From positions 96,001-160,000 of the IMG/VR virus record IMGVR_UViG_3300020399_000132: 64,000 nt of DNA; one strand, 5' to 3'. Within the stretch, counting starts at the first letter, position 1, and every line of letters starts with the position of its first letter. This document shows, piece after piece, positions 1 through 9,051 of the stretch. The stretch is from a virus. Its lineage: Duplodnaviria; Caudoviricetes. Below the pieces are notes generated by a model that was not told the DNA's origin, did not search any database, and saw only the letters and a program-made list of their open reading frames with translations. The position numbers were made by a program, and so were the translations under genes.

Positions 1-311
1 TCGTCATCTGAATCATCATCTCCAACAGGAGCATCATCTTCATCTTCCTCTGCATCATCATCTCCTTTTTTTAGAAACTGAGGTGGGACTTTTCCTTCCT
101 CGACTTCTTCCTCATCTTCGGCAAATAATGTTTGAGAAATTTTATACTTTTCTTCTTCGATTGCTACAACTACTTTATCTTCAATAATCGAATTAAACTT
201 CTGATTAGCCGCGTGTAACTCACCAGTAAGGATCAGTTCTACTAGTTCTTCCGCGGGAGCTTCCACTGTATTTTCATCATTTAATTCTTCTGTTCCTTCT
301 ACTTCCGACAT
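1..311 (-). CDS. T4-like prohead core protein (gp67-like), 3' end outside window
   Basis: Own translation MSEVEGTEELNDENTVEAPAEELVELILTGELHAANQKFNSIIEDKVVVAIEEEKYKISQTLFAEDEE..., very acidic; late promoter TATAAATA upstream. Confidence 0.6.
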   Translation of the reverse strand, partial: MSEVEGTEELNDENTVEAPAEELVELILTGELHAANQKFNSIIEDKVVVAIEEEKYKISQTLFAEDEEEVEEGKVPPQFLKKGDDDAEEDEDDAPVGDDDSDD

Positions 312-362
312 TGTTACACTCCGTTAAATATTTGTCAGTTATAATCTGGTTGTTTATAGGTA

Positions 363-370
363 TATTTATA
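363..370 (-). promoter_or_regulatory. T4-type late promoter TATAAATA
   Basis: Exact gp55 consensus in intergenic DNA upstream of the prohead core gene. Confidence 0.7.
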
Positions 371-381
371 CATTTAGTAAT

Positions 382-747
382 CTACAATTTACCATGGTTC
401 ACAGGAAACTGAAGAAACCAATCTTCTGAATTATAAGATTTATCACAAATATACATATCAAACCACGGTTTACCACCTACAACAAGTGAATGAAACTTGG
501 CCCCCCATTCCTGCAATTGTTTTTCCGTATCATTATACCAATATTGTGGATCATCTTTAAATGACTCTCCACCTCTACCTGTCCAATATATAATCTCATG
601 TCCTTGATCATAGAGATCGTTTACTATTTGAATTCGTTCAGGATATGGTTTCATATCTAGATATGTTAAAGTATCATCTTTCTTTTCTTTTCTAACGTCT
701 TCACGATTAGTACAAATAGTACCATCTATATCAAAAGCATATCTCAT
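382..747 (-). CDS. HAD-superfamily phosphatase
   Basis: FDIDGT motif I, YWTGR motif II, GKP..D.YICDK motifs III/IV. Confidence 0.8.
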   Translation of the reverse strand: MRYAFDIDGTICTNREDVRKEKKDDTLTYLDMKPYPERIQIVNDLYDQGHEIIYWTGRGGESFKDDPQYWYNDTEKQLQEWGAKFHSLVVGGKPWFDMYICDKSYNSEDWFLQFPVNHGKL

Positions 748-752
748 CTTTT

Positions 753-1340
753 TTACACCATTCTCATTTCCTGTACTTTATCACAAAGACCTAATTTCTT
801 AGCTTGTTTTGAATCCAACCAAACATCATGTGGTGGGAGTAACTTTTCACGAATTACCTTTTCTGTCAATCCAGTACATTTTTTGTAATGTGTCAACAAC
901 CGATTTGTAGTTAAATCAAATTCTTTTACTGTCGCGAACAGCTCATGTTCTTTTCCAAACGATCCCCATGTATATTGATGAGATAGAATTGATGTATTAG
1001 GTGTAAGTATTCTTTTACCTTTTGTTCCAGTAATGAACATCAACAATCCACATGATGCAATCATTCCCATTCCGATTGTACGTATCGGAATTTTAGAACC
1101 CATCATGACATCTAGAAGAGCGAAACATGCATTCAAATCACCGCCAGGAGAACAGATTCCCAAAGTCAACTCTTTATGTTGTTTTTCTTTAGTAAAATTG
1201 GATGCAACAATCCAATTAATTATTGGACTCATTGTTTCCATTGAGACTTCACCCATGAATATGTGAAACCCTCTTTGGAATAATTCTGCATCTGGTGCTT
1301 CTGTACTTTGTGGCTTTTGCCCTTTTTCTTCATCTGTCAT
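753..1340 (-). CDS. clpP: Clp protease proteolytic subunit
   Basis: ICSPGGD, GMIASCG (Ser), ILSHQ (His), HDVWLD..QAKKLGLCD (Asp). Confidence 0.9.
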   Translation of the reverse strand: MTDEEKGQKPQSTEAPDAELFQRGFHIFMGEVSMETMSPIINWIVASNFTKEKQHKELTLGICSPGGDLNACFALLDVMMGSKIPIRTIGMGMIASCGLLMFITGTKGKRILTPNTSILSHQYTWGSFGKEHELFATVKEFDLTTNRLLTHYKKCTGLTEKVIREKLLPPHDVWLDSKQAKKLGLCDKVQEMRMV

Positions 1341-1493
1341 TTTTCTTTTTCGATCTGATTTTTAATATGCTACCTCTGTACCCATCGGGAGTTTTATATT
1401 GTAATACAGTTTCAATATAAAAATCTTGATTGCCATATGCAGAATAATGAGATTTTAAACCTATAAGTGATTCTTTATCTTTAATTGATTCCC

Positions 1494-1652
1494 TTAAAGT
1501 TGTCGAATATTCGGATACAATGGTTCATTATCACTATCGTGTTCTGCTACTGTGGAATATTCAGTGCATCCACACTGAACGGTTGGCGAACATTCACATG
1601 GGTCGCAGTTACAATGTTCTTGTGAATTGCAATGTGTGTTAGTACATGCCAT
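1494..1652 (-). CDS. Small Cys/His-rich metallothionein-like peptide (52 aa, not in ORF track)
   Basis: MACTNTHCNSQEHCNCDPCECSPTVQCGCTEY...; 8 Cys in first 29 aa with three CxC; RBS AAGGAG upstream. Confidence 0.65.
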   Translation of the reverse strand: MACTNTHCNSQEHCNCDPCECSPTVQCGCTEYSTVAEHDSDNEPLYPNIRQL

Positions 1653-1852
1653 TAGTTTTCTCCTTTATTAATCCCACAAATCTTTATCCCATTCTTTATT
1701 AAAGTGTTCGTGGATAATATGTTTCTTATTGTTCTTTGTTTTTTTCCCGGCCTCATCCCGTGCTTTCATTCGCATAGCGCTAACGCCACGTTCAAGAAAA
1801 CTGGGACCGTTCCATATTTCTCTAAAACTCATTTTCTCTCTCACAAAGGTAT

Positions 1853-2038
1853 TTATATATCATAACTTCCTTGTCTATGTAATTTCCGTTGATGAGAACA
1901 TTTAAAACAAAGTTGTCCTGCTCCTTCAACGTAACCGGCTCTAAAAGTTACATTATCTGTTTTCTTATATTGAGTAGCTGTTCCACAGCGAACACAATAT
2001 TCAGTTTCGTCTTCTACTTCTTCTTTTTTAATACCCAT
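1853..2038 (-). CDS. Small zinc-finger-like hypothetical protein
   Basis: CVRC...YVEGAGQLCFKC. Confidence 0.6.
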   Translation of the reverse strand: MGIKKEEVEDETEYCVRCGTATQYKKTDNVTFRAGYVEGAGQLCFKCSHQRKLHRQGSYDI

Positions 2039-2248
2039 TTCGTTGTACTCCCGTGCTGAATATAATCACATTTTTCGTCTAACTGTTTCATGGCTAAACC
2101 AAACGGACAAGGTATTTCTGTATGATAGGCACAAGATGTAATTAACAAAAAAAACACTGTACTTAAAACCCGTGAGGTTGTCCCCAATGTTGTATGATAG
2201 CATTGACCCATAGAATATATATCAAATTCTTCCATAACCAAACTTCAA

Positions 2249-2530
2249 TCATTTATCCTCTTCTGTCAATGGTACACCCCTATAATCAAGAGATTCTTTT
2301 TTCATAACAAAAGATTTTTCTTTCACCATTGATTCAAAAACCTTCCATAATTTTTTCATTCTTGTTTCATGTAATTCGCTTAATCCAATTAAAACATTCG
2401 CAATATCATCTTCTGACATTTTGTCTGGATCATCCATCATGCGACTAGTTATTGATTCAAGATCGTCTTTCGTATTCCAGACACTCATGATTCCTGCTTC
2501 TAAATCAAATCTATCATATTCTTGTCCCAT
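2249..2530 (-). CDS. Phage hypothetical protein
   Basis: Packed ORF in minus-strand operon. Confidence 0.6.
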   Translation of the reverse strand: MGQEYDRFDLEAGIMSVWNTKDDLESITSRMMDDPDKMSEDDIANVLIGLSELHETRMKKLWKVFESMVKEKSFVMKKESLDYRGVPLTEEDK

Positions 2531-2536
2531 ATGATC

Positions 2537-2752
2537 TTACCACTTTCTAAAAGATTTTAATATTTTCATTCGCTTTTCTTTATATTCGTCAAAGGTAGAA
2601 AAATTAAAAATACGAACTCCAAGATAAATTAATACAATCCCCAACAATGATGTATGTATATGAGGCCAAATAAAATATGCTCCAATAAGTATTGTAGTCA
2701 AAGAGAGTAACCATCCTCCAAATTTCATCCATTCCATTTTCATTAATCCCAA
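2537..2752 (-). CDS. Small membrane protein
   Basis: Two hydrophobic segments; overlaps upstream gene. Confidence 0.55.
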   Translation of the reverse strand: MGLMKMEWMKFGGWLLSLTTILIGAYFIWPHIHTSLLGIVLIYLGVRIFNFSTFDEYKEKRMKILKSFRKW

Positions 2753-3258
2753 AGCCCGTTATAATATTTTCCAAACAATTTAAATCCTTTAATTATCCGA
2801 TTTTGATATTTCTCCCTACCCTCTACATCATATTCACGAGTATGATTTGGTCCGTATGCCCACGTATACAATGGTTCGCCTTCTTCATCTTTCTTATCAG
2901 GGATTTCAACAAATGATACATCATTTTCTCCTGACGCAAATTCATCTTCCCAATCTTCCAATTTAGATTGAAACGCGAAAATCATTTCGTCCATTACATA
3001 ATCCCAACGAGTAAAATAATGTTTATCAGATTCACCACCGTCCCAATGTTCTTTTAGTTCTTCTTCTGTTGCTCGAAGAAACTTTGGTACATCTTCATTT
3101 TCTACAAAAGGTGCACCTTGTTTAACATCTTTGAGCCTCTTTAGTAGCGGCACAATAATATGTGCAAGTGTCACATCAACGTTCCAAGTATCGTAATCAT
3201 GTATTTCAATTTTTTCTGCCCTATTTTTTCTGGCTGGGTTTCCGAGTCTTACAAACAT
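2743..3258 (-). CDS. Phage hypothetical protein
   Basis: DTWNVD.TLAHII.PLL and GFKLFGKYY..LWD patterns recalled from myophage hypotheticals. Confidence 0.65.
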   Translation of the reverse strand: MFVRLGNPARKNRAEKIEIHDYDTWNVDVTLAHIIVPLLKRLKDVKQGAPFVENEDVPKFLRATEEELKEHWDGGESDKHYFTRWDYVMDEMIFAFQSKLEDWEDEFASGENDVSFVEIPDKKDEEGEPLYTWAYGPNHTREYDVEGREKYQNRIIKGFKLFGKYYNGLWD

Positions 3259-3268
3259 ATTTTATTTT

Positions 3269-3481
3269 TTATGGAGGGTATACTAATCCTTTTTCTTCCA
3301 TCTGAAAATTTAGTTCTTTCCGAACAAGTCCTAATACTCCTTCTCTGTCTTGTTCATATTTGATCTTGTTTTGGATAAACTGATCTATGTGCCAAACAAG
3401 CAATGCCCAATCCATACCTTTATTAGCGATATGAAATAGTTCTTCATCTTCTGGTAAATCAAATTCTAATATTGCTTTCAT
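3269..3481 (-). CDS. Phage hypothetical protein
   Basis: MKAILEFDLPED start; ATGA-coupled. Confidence 0.6.
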   Translation of the reverse strand: MKAILEFDLPEDEELFHIANKGMDWALLVWHIDQFIQNKIKYEQDREGVLGLVRKELNFQMEEKGLVYPP

Positions 3482-3756
3482 AAATTTTTCCCTAAAAGGT
3501 CCATTGGATATCCTATGGCTCTTCTCATTTCCAATTCTTCTGTTTGATCCAAAAAGTTATCTCGTACCTCTTTAAATTGCCAATCAAAATCTTTATCGTA
3601 TTGATTATCGATCCAACGACAACTTTGATTCCAATGTTCCACGCAAAACTTTCCCGATTGTATATATTTAACCTTAACAATATTCCCAGTTTTTTTAACT
3701 AGATTTCTTCCATGCCTTGTTCTAGGTGTTAATACTAAAACATCTCCTTTTATCAT
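3478..3756 (-). CDS. Phage hypothetical protein
   Basis: Coupled ORF. Confidence 0.55.
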   Translation of the reverse strand: MIKGDVLVLTPRTRHGRNLVKKTGNIVKVKYIQSGKFCVEHWNQSCRWIDNQYDKDFDWQFKEVRDNFLDQTEELEMRRAIGYPMDLLGKNL

Positions 3757-4037
3757 TTGCCCTTTATGTCACAGGTCAACCAAACTAGTGGCTTACCGTC
3801 GAAATTCTTATACATTCTAGTTGGGTATTCTCGGTGCTCCGGGCGATGTTTTTTATGGTATTCTTTGCCCGGCTTATTGCCTTGGTGATCTAGAACTTGT
3901 ATGCCGTAGCTATTGAGCATTTTAGTTTCTCCTGCACCATTATCGTAGTAGTTCCAACAAGCTACTTCAGATGAAAATTCTTTATCTATTGTATAAATGA
4001 CGGGGTTCCATGTCATGACTATTGCTATCCATATCAT
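3753..4037 (-). CDS. Phage hypothetical protein
   Basis: Coupled ORF. Confidence 0.55.
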   Translation of the reverse strand: MIWIAIVMTWNPVIYTIDKEFSSEVACWNYYDNGAGETKMLNSYGIQVLDHQGNKPGKEYHKKHRPEHREYPTRMYKNFDGKPLVWLTCDIKGK

Positions 4038-4254
4038 AATATTCTTTCACATGTTTCGATGCTTCATCTGAGGTATCATATAAGAATACTCTTTTTGTTT
4101 TCTTTCTCTCAGAATATTCTTTAAGAGAAATTAGTGAGCTAGCAACTTCTTCCATGCCAATACATTCTTCATCAAATTCTGTTACTACATATTTATGCTT
4201 ACCAAATTTATTTTTACCACTGCCTTTTAAAATTTGAATAGTCGCGGTTTTCAA
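3982..4254 (-). CDS. Phage hypothetical protein
   Basis: N-terminus KTATIQIL resembles small ORF ending near 5680 (MKKKTATIEIL). Confidence 0.5.
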   Translation of the reverse strand: MKTATIQILKGSGKNKFGKHKYVVTEFDEECIGMEEVASSLISLKEYSERKKTKRVFLYDTSDEASKHVKEYYDMDSNSHDMEPRHLYNR

Positions 4255-4263
4255 ATGAATTCC

Positions 4264-4713
4264 CTAGAACCCGGGTGTTAGGCCCGGCTCCGGATATCCG
4301 GCGTCTGCCCGCTGCTGTGGAGTCCATAAATGTAGTTCACATCCGAACTCATCTCTGACAACCTGCCCATTAGCGCGTACGTGTGTAGCACATTTTTCAA
4401 AATTTATTAAACTTGGAGATGAATAAACCGGTGTTTTAAATGCTATAGATACTGGTTCTTCTTCATGTGTATGTGTAACTTCTCGTCTTTCCATTACACA
4501 ATCCGGACATTCGCCAGTTTTCGTATCTACCCAACACCCAGATAATGCTTTACAGACCTCTTCTGTTACATATTCATTTCCGTATATATAATTATAGGAA
4601 GAGAAAAAGAAAAATATAACAATCCATAATGTAAGTATTAAATATTTCATAATGCCCCGAAAAAAATATATTTGTCCATCATCGCCCAAAGATAGTCTGG
4701 TAACTCTATCCAC
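4264..4713 (-). CDS. Cys-containing membrane/secreted hypothetical protein
   Basis: Hydrophobic segment after internal Met (MKYLIL); several Cys. Confidence 0.5.
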   Translation of the reverse strand: MDRVTRLSLGDDGQIYFFRGIMKYLILTLWIVIFFFFSSYNYIYGNEYVTEEVCKALSGCWVDTKTGECPDCVMERREVTHTHEEEPVSIAFKTPVYSSPSLINFEKCATHVRANGQVVRDEFGCELHLWTPQQRADAGYPEPGLTPGF

Positions 4714-4917
4714 CTACAAAAATCTATAAAGTTACTATTAACAAAATAATACCACTCTGCGCTAACAAAACTAAAACCGTACCCTAATATAAATCCTAAA
4801 ACGATATATTTAAACATAAGTTATTTTAAAACTATCCAGGTCCAGGCTACTATCATAAAGATAAAACCAAGGTAAGCTGCTACACCACCCAAAAAATATA
4901 ATACATCATAAACCATT

Positions 4918-5202
4918 TTACCTCAACCCTGACCAATTCATAACTGGATCATTATACATTTCTTCTTGTTCACGACAGTAATGATAATATCTCATATCCT
5001 GTGCATCCAAATCTGCTTGATACTCTTCTTCAGAATCCGGCATGAACATATCTTCCATGGGTTCTTCTGCAACCTTTCTTGCTATATTATCTACCACTGC
5101 GTTACTCCAAATATAGGTTATATCTTTCATAATTTCCTTTTTATCCAGCGCCTGTCCAACGGACATGACCAAAAGTTCTGTCAAGGACATTTCCTCTTGC
5201 AA
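4918..5202 (-). CDS. Acidic hypothetical protein
   Basis: ORF; true start probably internal MKDIT. Confidence 0.45.
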   Translation of the reverse strand: MQEEMSLTELLVMSVGQALDKKEIMKDITYIWSNAVVDNIARKVAEEPMEDMFMPDSEEEYQADLDAQDMRYYHYCREQEEMYNDPVMNWSGLR

Positions 5203-5506
5203 AGTTTCTTGCAGGAGCCGCCCATCCAGCAGGTTTCAAAATATCTCCAAAACTGAATTTCTTATCAGTGGTGGTGTTCACAATAAAAGCACTAACACTA
5301 CTATTGCTAGTCACCTTGATATATTTTAAACCAGTAGTATAACTAATTTCATTAGCATACTCTTCTTCCATTCTTGTACGAATTTCATTATTGGAATGTG
5401 CAGAATCATGTTTTGCACACATACCAGACCATCTGCGATAATCTTCTCGCATATGTTCCATCATTGCTTCAACACCTTCTTCAATATTTTCATTCAATTC
5501 ATTCAT
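5141..5506 (-). CDS. Conserved phage hypothetical protein
   Basis: KYIKV...GDILKPAGWAAPARNFARGNV pattern common in T4-like marine phages. Confidence 0.7.
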   Translation of the reverse strand: MNELNENIEEGVEAMMEHMREDYRRWSGMCAKHDSAHSNNEIRTRMEEEYANEISYTTGLKYIKVTSNSSVSAFIVNTTTDKKFSFGDILKPAGWAAPARNFARGNVLDRTFGHVRWTGAG

Positions 5507-5858
5507 ATTATTTTTGTATTTTTAATTGTTGTTTGAGCTCTTTCTATTTTTTTCTTTAATAGTTTTTTCTCATTATCATCTTTACTAGAATTTAGCTTCT
5601 TTTCATATACAAGAATAGATGCTTCTGTTCGTTTGATTGCTCCTTCTTGGCGAGCTTGTTTTCCATGTTGTTTCATTCTATTCCTTCCCATTCTCTTATT
5701 GCTCCTCCTGCTTCCGCAAGGGTGTAGAAGAATTCACCACTCATTTCGATCCCATCTTCATATCTTCGTACCATATATTCACCTCTAGTACGAGATCCTA
5801 AAACCTTTTCATCTTTTTCTAAAATTTCAATTGTTGCTGTTTTCTTTTTCATCGTATA

Positions 5859-6224
5859 TTATTTTCCTTTATAAACGTAATATTTGGAACTATTGAAATG
5901 ATCAAGAGGAATCCTAGGATCTCCTGGTTCCATCATCGAATAACAATGACCGCAAGGTTTTTTCCCTTGCTTCTTCAGTGCATTTCTTAAAGCTTGAAGA
6001 AAACTATCCACTTCTTCATCGACTATTTCTTTTGCATCTTGTTCTGATGTGTCTGTAAACAACGACACAACTTGTTCTGATGTGTCTGTAAACAACGACA
6101 CAACCTGCTCTTTACCCCACTCAAAAAATCCAGAAGCAAATACCGGCTGCGCGCCAAAGACACTCGCTCCGAGTGTTATTGATAAAAATAATATAGTTAT
6201 TTTTTTCATGATATTCTCTCTCAA
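5859..6224 (-). CDS. Secreted hypothetical protein with internal 11-aa duplication
   Basis: Signal peptide MKKITILFL..VFA; EQVVSLFTDTS twice. Confidence 0.6.
   Translation of the reverse strand: MRENIMKKITILFLSITLGASVFGAQPVFASGFFEWGKEQVVSLFTDTSEQVVSLFTDTSEQDAKEIVDEEVDSFLQALRNALKKQGKKPCGHCYSMMEPGDPRIPLDHFNSSKYYVYKGK
6038..6104. repeat. Perfect 33-bp tandem duplication
   Basis: cttgttctgatgtgtctgtaaacaacgacacaa x2. Confidence 0.95.
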
Positions 6225-6368
6225 TTTTATAATACAAAAAATATAATCATTGCCCAGGTTCCGGCGACCATCGCTACGGTTCCAACAAATCTAACAATTT
6301 CTGTTAGTATAATTCTTTTCGACATGGCTCTCTCCATAATTTAAGTTATTATTTTATTCTCTACTTAT

Positions 6369-6429
6369 ATTATACCATATCTAACTCAACATGTCAACGT
6401 TTTTGTTTCGCAATAATATCAATTGGTTA
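6369..6429 (-). promoter_or_regulatory. Early sigma70 promoter module, copy 1
   Basis: TTGACA-N17-TATAAT with extended -10 TG, upstream TTGCGAAACAAAAAC, IHF consensus TATCAATTGGTTA at 6417-6429. Confidence 0.85.
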
Positions 6430-6480
6430 CTTGAATCTCGTTGAAATCATTGATAAACAAAATTGAAAATAATTGAGAAA

Positions 6481-7014
6481 TCATACGTTTGTGATCAAAT
6501 TTTTAGCGGGAACAGGAATTTTATCAATAGACCCGGTAACATAATGGAGAAGCAACTGGATTTGATAGACTCCGTCGAAGGGTTCTCGCCAATGTTCATA
6601 TCTATTCTCTTTTTGATCATAGAGTAAAGCATCTCCTACATTGCAATGTATGGGTGTACCGTCGACATATAAAGGCCAAACAGTCCCTTGATAGCTATCA
6701 CCGTAAAGGTGACCTGTATGTATAGTAATAGAAATTTCGCAAGCATCAGTATCTACATGTTTAGTTAATTGTTGCCCGTTCTCATAAACAATATAGAACG
6801 AATATGATGGATGAATATCTTCTTTAAAATATTTTTGTACTCGTTCCCGAAAACTATATAAACAAGCTTCTGCAAAAGAATCTTTATAAGCACCATGAGT
6901 GTTAGGAAGTTCTTTTCCATATGATTTAAAATTATCTAATCGTTCTCTTAGCGCATAAGTTGTAAAACTCTGACATAAATCTTCTCCAAGAAAACCCTTT
7001 AATACATGTAACAT
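6481..7014 (-). CDS. 2OG-Fe(II) oxygenase-like protein
   Basis: LTKHVD (HxD), CEISITI, GDALLY, EHWREPF. Confidence 0.7.
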   Translation of the reverse strand: MLHVLKGFLGEDLCQSFTTYALRERLDNFKSYGKELPNTHGAYKDSFAEACLYSFRERVQKYFKEDIHPSYSFYIVYENGQQLTKHVDTDACEISITIHTGHLYGDSYQGTVWPLYVDGTPIHCNVGDALLYDQKENRYEHWREPFDGVYQIQLLLHYVTGSIDKIPVPAKNLITNV

Positions 7015-7709
7015 TCTTTAACCATCGTTAAATCATTACAGGGTCTATATAAATCACCTGTCCAAAAATCTCTAAGATCAAAATCATGTCCCTTCCATGG
7101 CATTGTTTGATTAAAATAACATATAGTAGGAACTTTCATTAATCTAGATAAATGAGCTATACCACCTTCAGAGCAAATACTAAAAGAACAATTCTTTAAT
7201 ATAGATTGTACCAAATAACAATACTGTTCAAAATCATAATCTATATCATATATTGTTTCTCCAGCAGATCTTTTAAAGCTAGGAATCAATACAACTTTAT
7301 ATCCATCTTCTTTGAGATCTTTAAATAAACTCTGTAAAGTATAATGTCCAACAACTTTATCTTGATGATGAGGAGACTGTGAATGATGCTTTGTATATAA
7401 CCATATAGCACAATACTTTTCATCGCAGGAACTATGTAACACTTCAGCTGGCCAATACTCATGATCTTGTTGACTATATGGCGTTTCTTTTCTTTTTATA
7501 TACTCACCAAACTCATGTTTAATTAAAGAATTAGATTTAAAAAGTTTAATAACCCTTTGTACTTGCCTATGTGTGCGTGGTTGTAAATGCCATTTTATAG
7601 TTGTTGGTTCTTTGGCTTGTTGATATTCATACGATAAATGATTAATGAGATCTCCAAAGCCAGTGCCAAAACCTCTATGTGTCCAAAATTTATTAATTAT
7701 TTTCATCAT
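6999..7709 (-). CDS. Putative glycosyltransferase (GT-B, GT9-like)
   Basis: GFGDLI N-terminus; SEGGIAHLS...VPTI. Confidence 0.5.
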   Translation of the reverse strand: MMKIINKFWTHRGFGTGFGDLINHLSYEYQQAKEPTTIKWHLQPRTHRQVQRVIKLFKSNSLIKHEFGEYIKRKETPYSQQDHEYWPAEVLHSSCDEKYCAIWLYTKHHSQSPHHQDKVVGHYTLQSLFKDLKEDGYKVVLIPSFKRSAGETIYDIDYDFEQYCYLVQSILKNCSFSICSEGGIAHLSRLMKVPTICYFNQTMPWKGHDFDLRDFWTGDLYRPCNDLTMVKECYMY

Positions 7710-8466
7710 CTACATTAATACATCCTACAATATGTATTCTACTTACCTTTCGCGATAAATTAATTCCTGAATGATATACCTCTGTATTCATTAAATGAAC
7801 CTCTCCCGGATATATGTGGTATACTTCTTTATTGCCTTCTATGTTTTCTATAAGATGAAAGCTATCACTATCACCACATAAAGGTATATGAATCCTCATA
7901 CTGGGATCATGATGCCATGACAGACACGATTTAGGTTTTAATAACATCAATCGTGATCTATACATTTTTAATTCTTTAAGTAAATTATTAGTATAAATCA
8001 TTTCCGGAAATAAAGGAATTATAAAATCCTGTTCGCTATATCCTGCTTCTGCTATTTCTTTAAACTCTCTGGAACCAAAATAAACATCATCTTCTTTTCC
8101 CTCAGCTCCTTGAATCATGATTTGACATATGCCCTCTGTTTTCCAGTCTTCTCCAACAACCCTTATCTCTTCAAGGATTTTATCAACATCAATATCATGT
8201 CTAAGAGGCATTGTTCGATTATCGCCTATGTCTGCTCGTAAAGTCATTCTTCCCCTAATATTCGAAAAGTGTTCACATTTTTTAGCAACTCCAGGAATCA
8301 CTGGTAGTTTTATTTTTTTATTTCCTACAAAAATTCTATATTGATTTTTTTCATTTCCACATCTTACTCCCTGACCTAAAGCAACCATCCAAGACATAAA
8401 TTCACAATTATAACAACATTCATAATCTTTGGGGATTTGATTTCTAGTATGTAAATTATATTCCAT
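7693..8466 (-). CDS. Asp/Asn beta-hydroxylase-like 2OG oxygenase with N-terminal Cys-rich segment
   Basis: RSRLM.LKP..CLSWHHD..RIHIPL...HSGIN...RIHIV; N-terminal CCYNC..C..C. Confidence 0.65.
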   Translation of the reverse strand: MEYNLHTRNQIPKDYECCYNCEFMSWMVALGQGVRCGNEKNQYRIFVGNKKIKLPVIPGVAKKCEHFSNIRGRMTLRADIGDNRTMPLRHDIDVDKILEEIRVVGEDWKTEGICQIMIQGAEGKEDDVYFGSREFKEIAEAGYSEQDFIIPLFPEMIYTNNLLKELKMYRSRLMLLKPKSCLSWHHDPSMRIHIPLCGDSDSFHLIENIEGNKEVYHIYPGEVHLMNTEVYHSGINLSRKVSRIHIVGCINVDDENN

Positions 8467-8542
8467 GGAGTTGCCGACAGGAGTCGAACCTGCATAAAAC
8501 AGTTTTGCAAACTGTTGCCTTTAACCATTCAGCCACGGCAAC
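8466..8542 (-). tRNA. tRNA-Cys(GCA)
   Basis: GTTGCCG/CGGCAAC acceptor, ACAGT-TTGCAAA-ACTGT anticodon arm, GGTTCGACTCC T arm, encoded CCA. Confidence 0.93.
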
Positions 8543-8563
8543 ACTGGAGTGAGTAACAGGCAT

Positions 8564-8872
8564 TTAAACTTCTTCAGCTGTTACCATTAAAGGAAATTGA
8601 TTTTCTTTTGCGTGCTGCATTGATTCATATACTTTAGTTTCTGCTATCTGCAACGAGTAAATACCCGCTACACCTTTTCCTTTTTGATGGACGTTCAACA
8701 TTATTGCTTCAGCTGCCGTTGATGAATGACTAAAAACTATTTGTAATAGATATACTACAAATTCCATTGGAGTAAAATCATCATTATGAAAAACAACTTG
8801 ATATTTATTAGGGGCTTTCAGTTTTTGTTTCGACGTTGACTTCTTCTTTATAATTATTTCTTCTGTATCCAT
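8564..8872 (-). CDS. clpS: Clp protease adaptor ClpS
   Basis: YQVVFHNDDFTPMEFVV, MLNVHQKGKGVAG, FPL. Confidence 0.93.
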   Translation of the reverse strand: MDTEEIIIKKKSTSKQKLKAPNKYQVVFHNDDFTPMEFVVYLLQIVFSHSSTAAEAIMLNVHQKGKGVAGIYSLQIAETKVYESMQHAKENQFPLMVTAEEV

Positions 8873-8888
8873 CTTTATACCATTATTT

Positions 8889-8964
8889 TGGTAGGCGATA
8901 TTGGAATCGAACCAATGACCTGATGCTTGTAAAACACCTGCTCTCCCAACTGAGCTAATCGCCT
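8889..8964 (-). tRNA. tRNA-Val(TAC)
   Basis: AGGCGAT/ATCGCCT acceptor, loop TTTACAA, GGTTCGATTCC, CCA. Confidence 0.93.
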
Positions 8965-8967
8965 ATG

Positions 8968-9051
8968 TGGTGGGGAGAGATGGAGTCGAACCATCACAGC
9001 CTCAGGCGGCAGATTTACAGTCTGTTGAGCTCACCAATGCACAGCCTCCCC
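8968..9051 (-). tRNA. tRNA-Tyr(GTA)
   Basis: GGGGAGG/TCTCCCC acceptor, loop CTGTAAA, long variable arm, GGTTCGACTCC, CCA. Confidence 0.9.
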
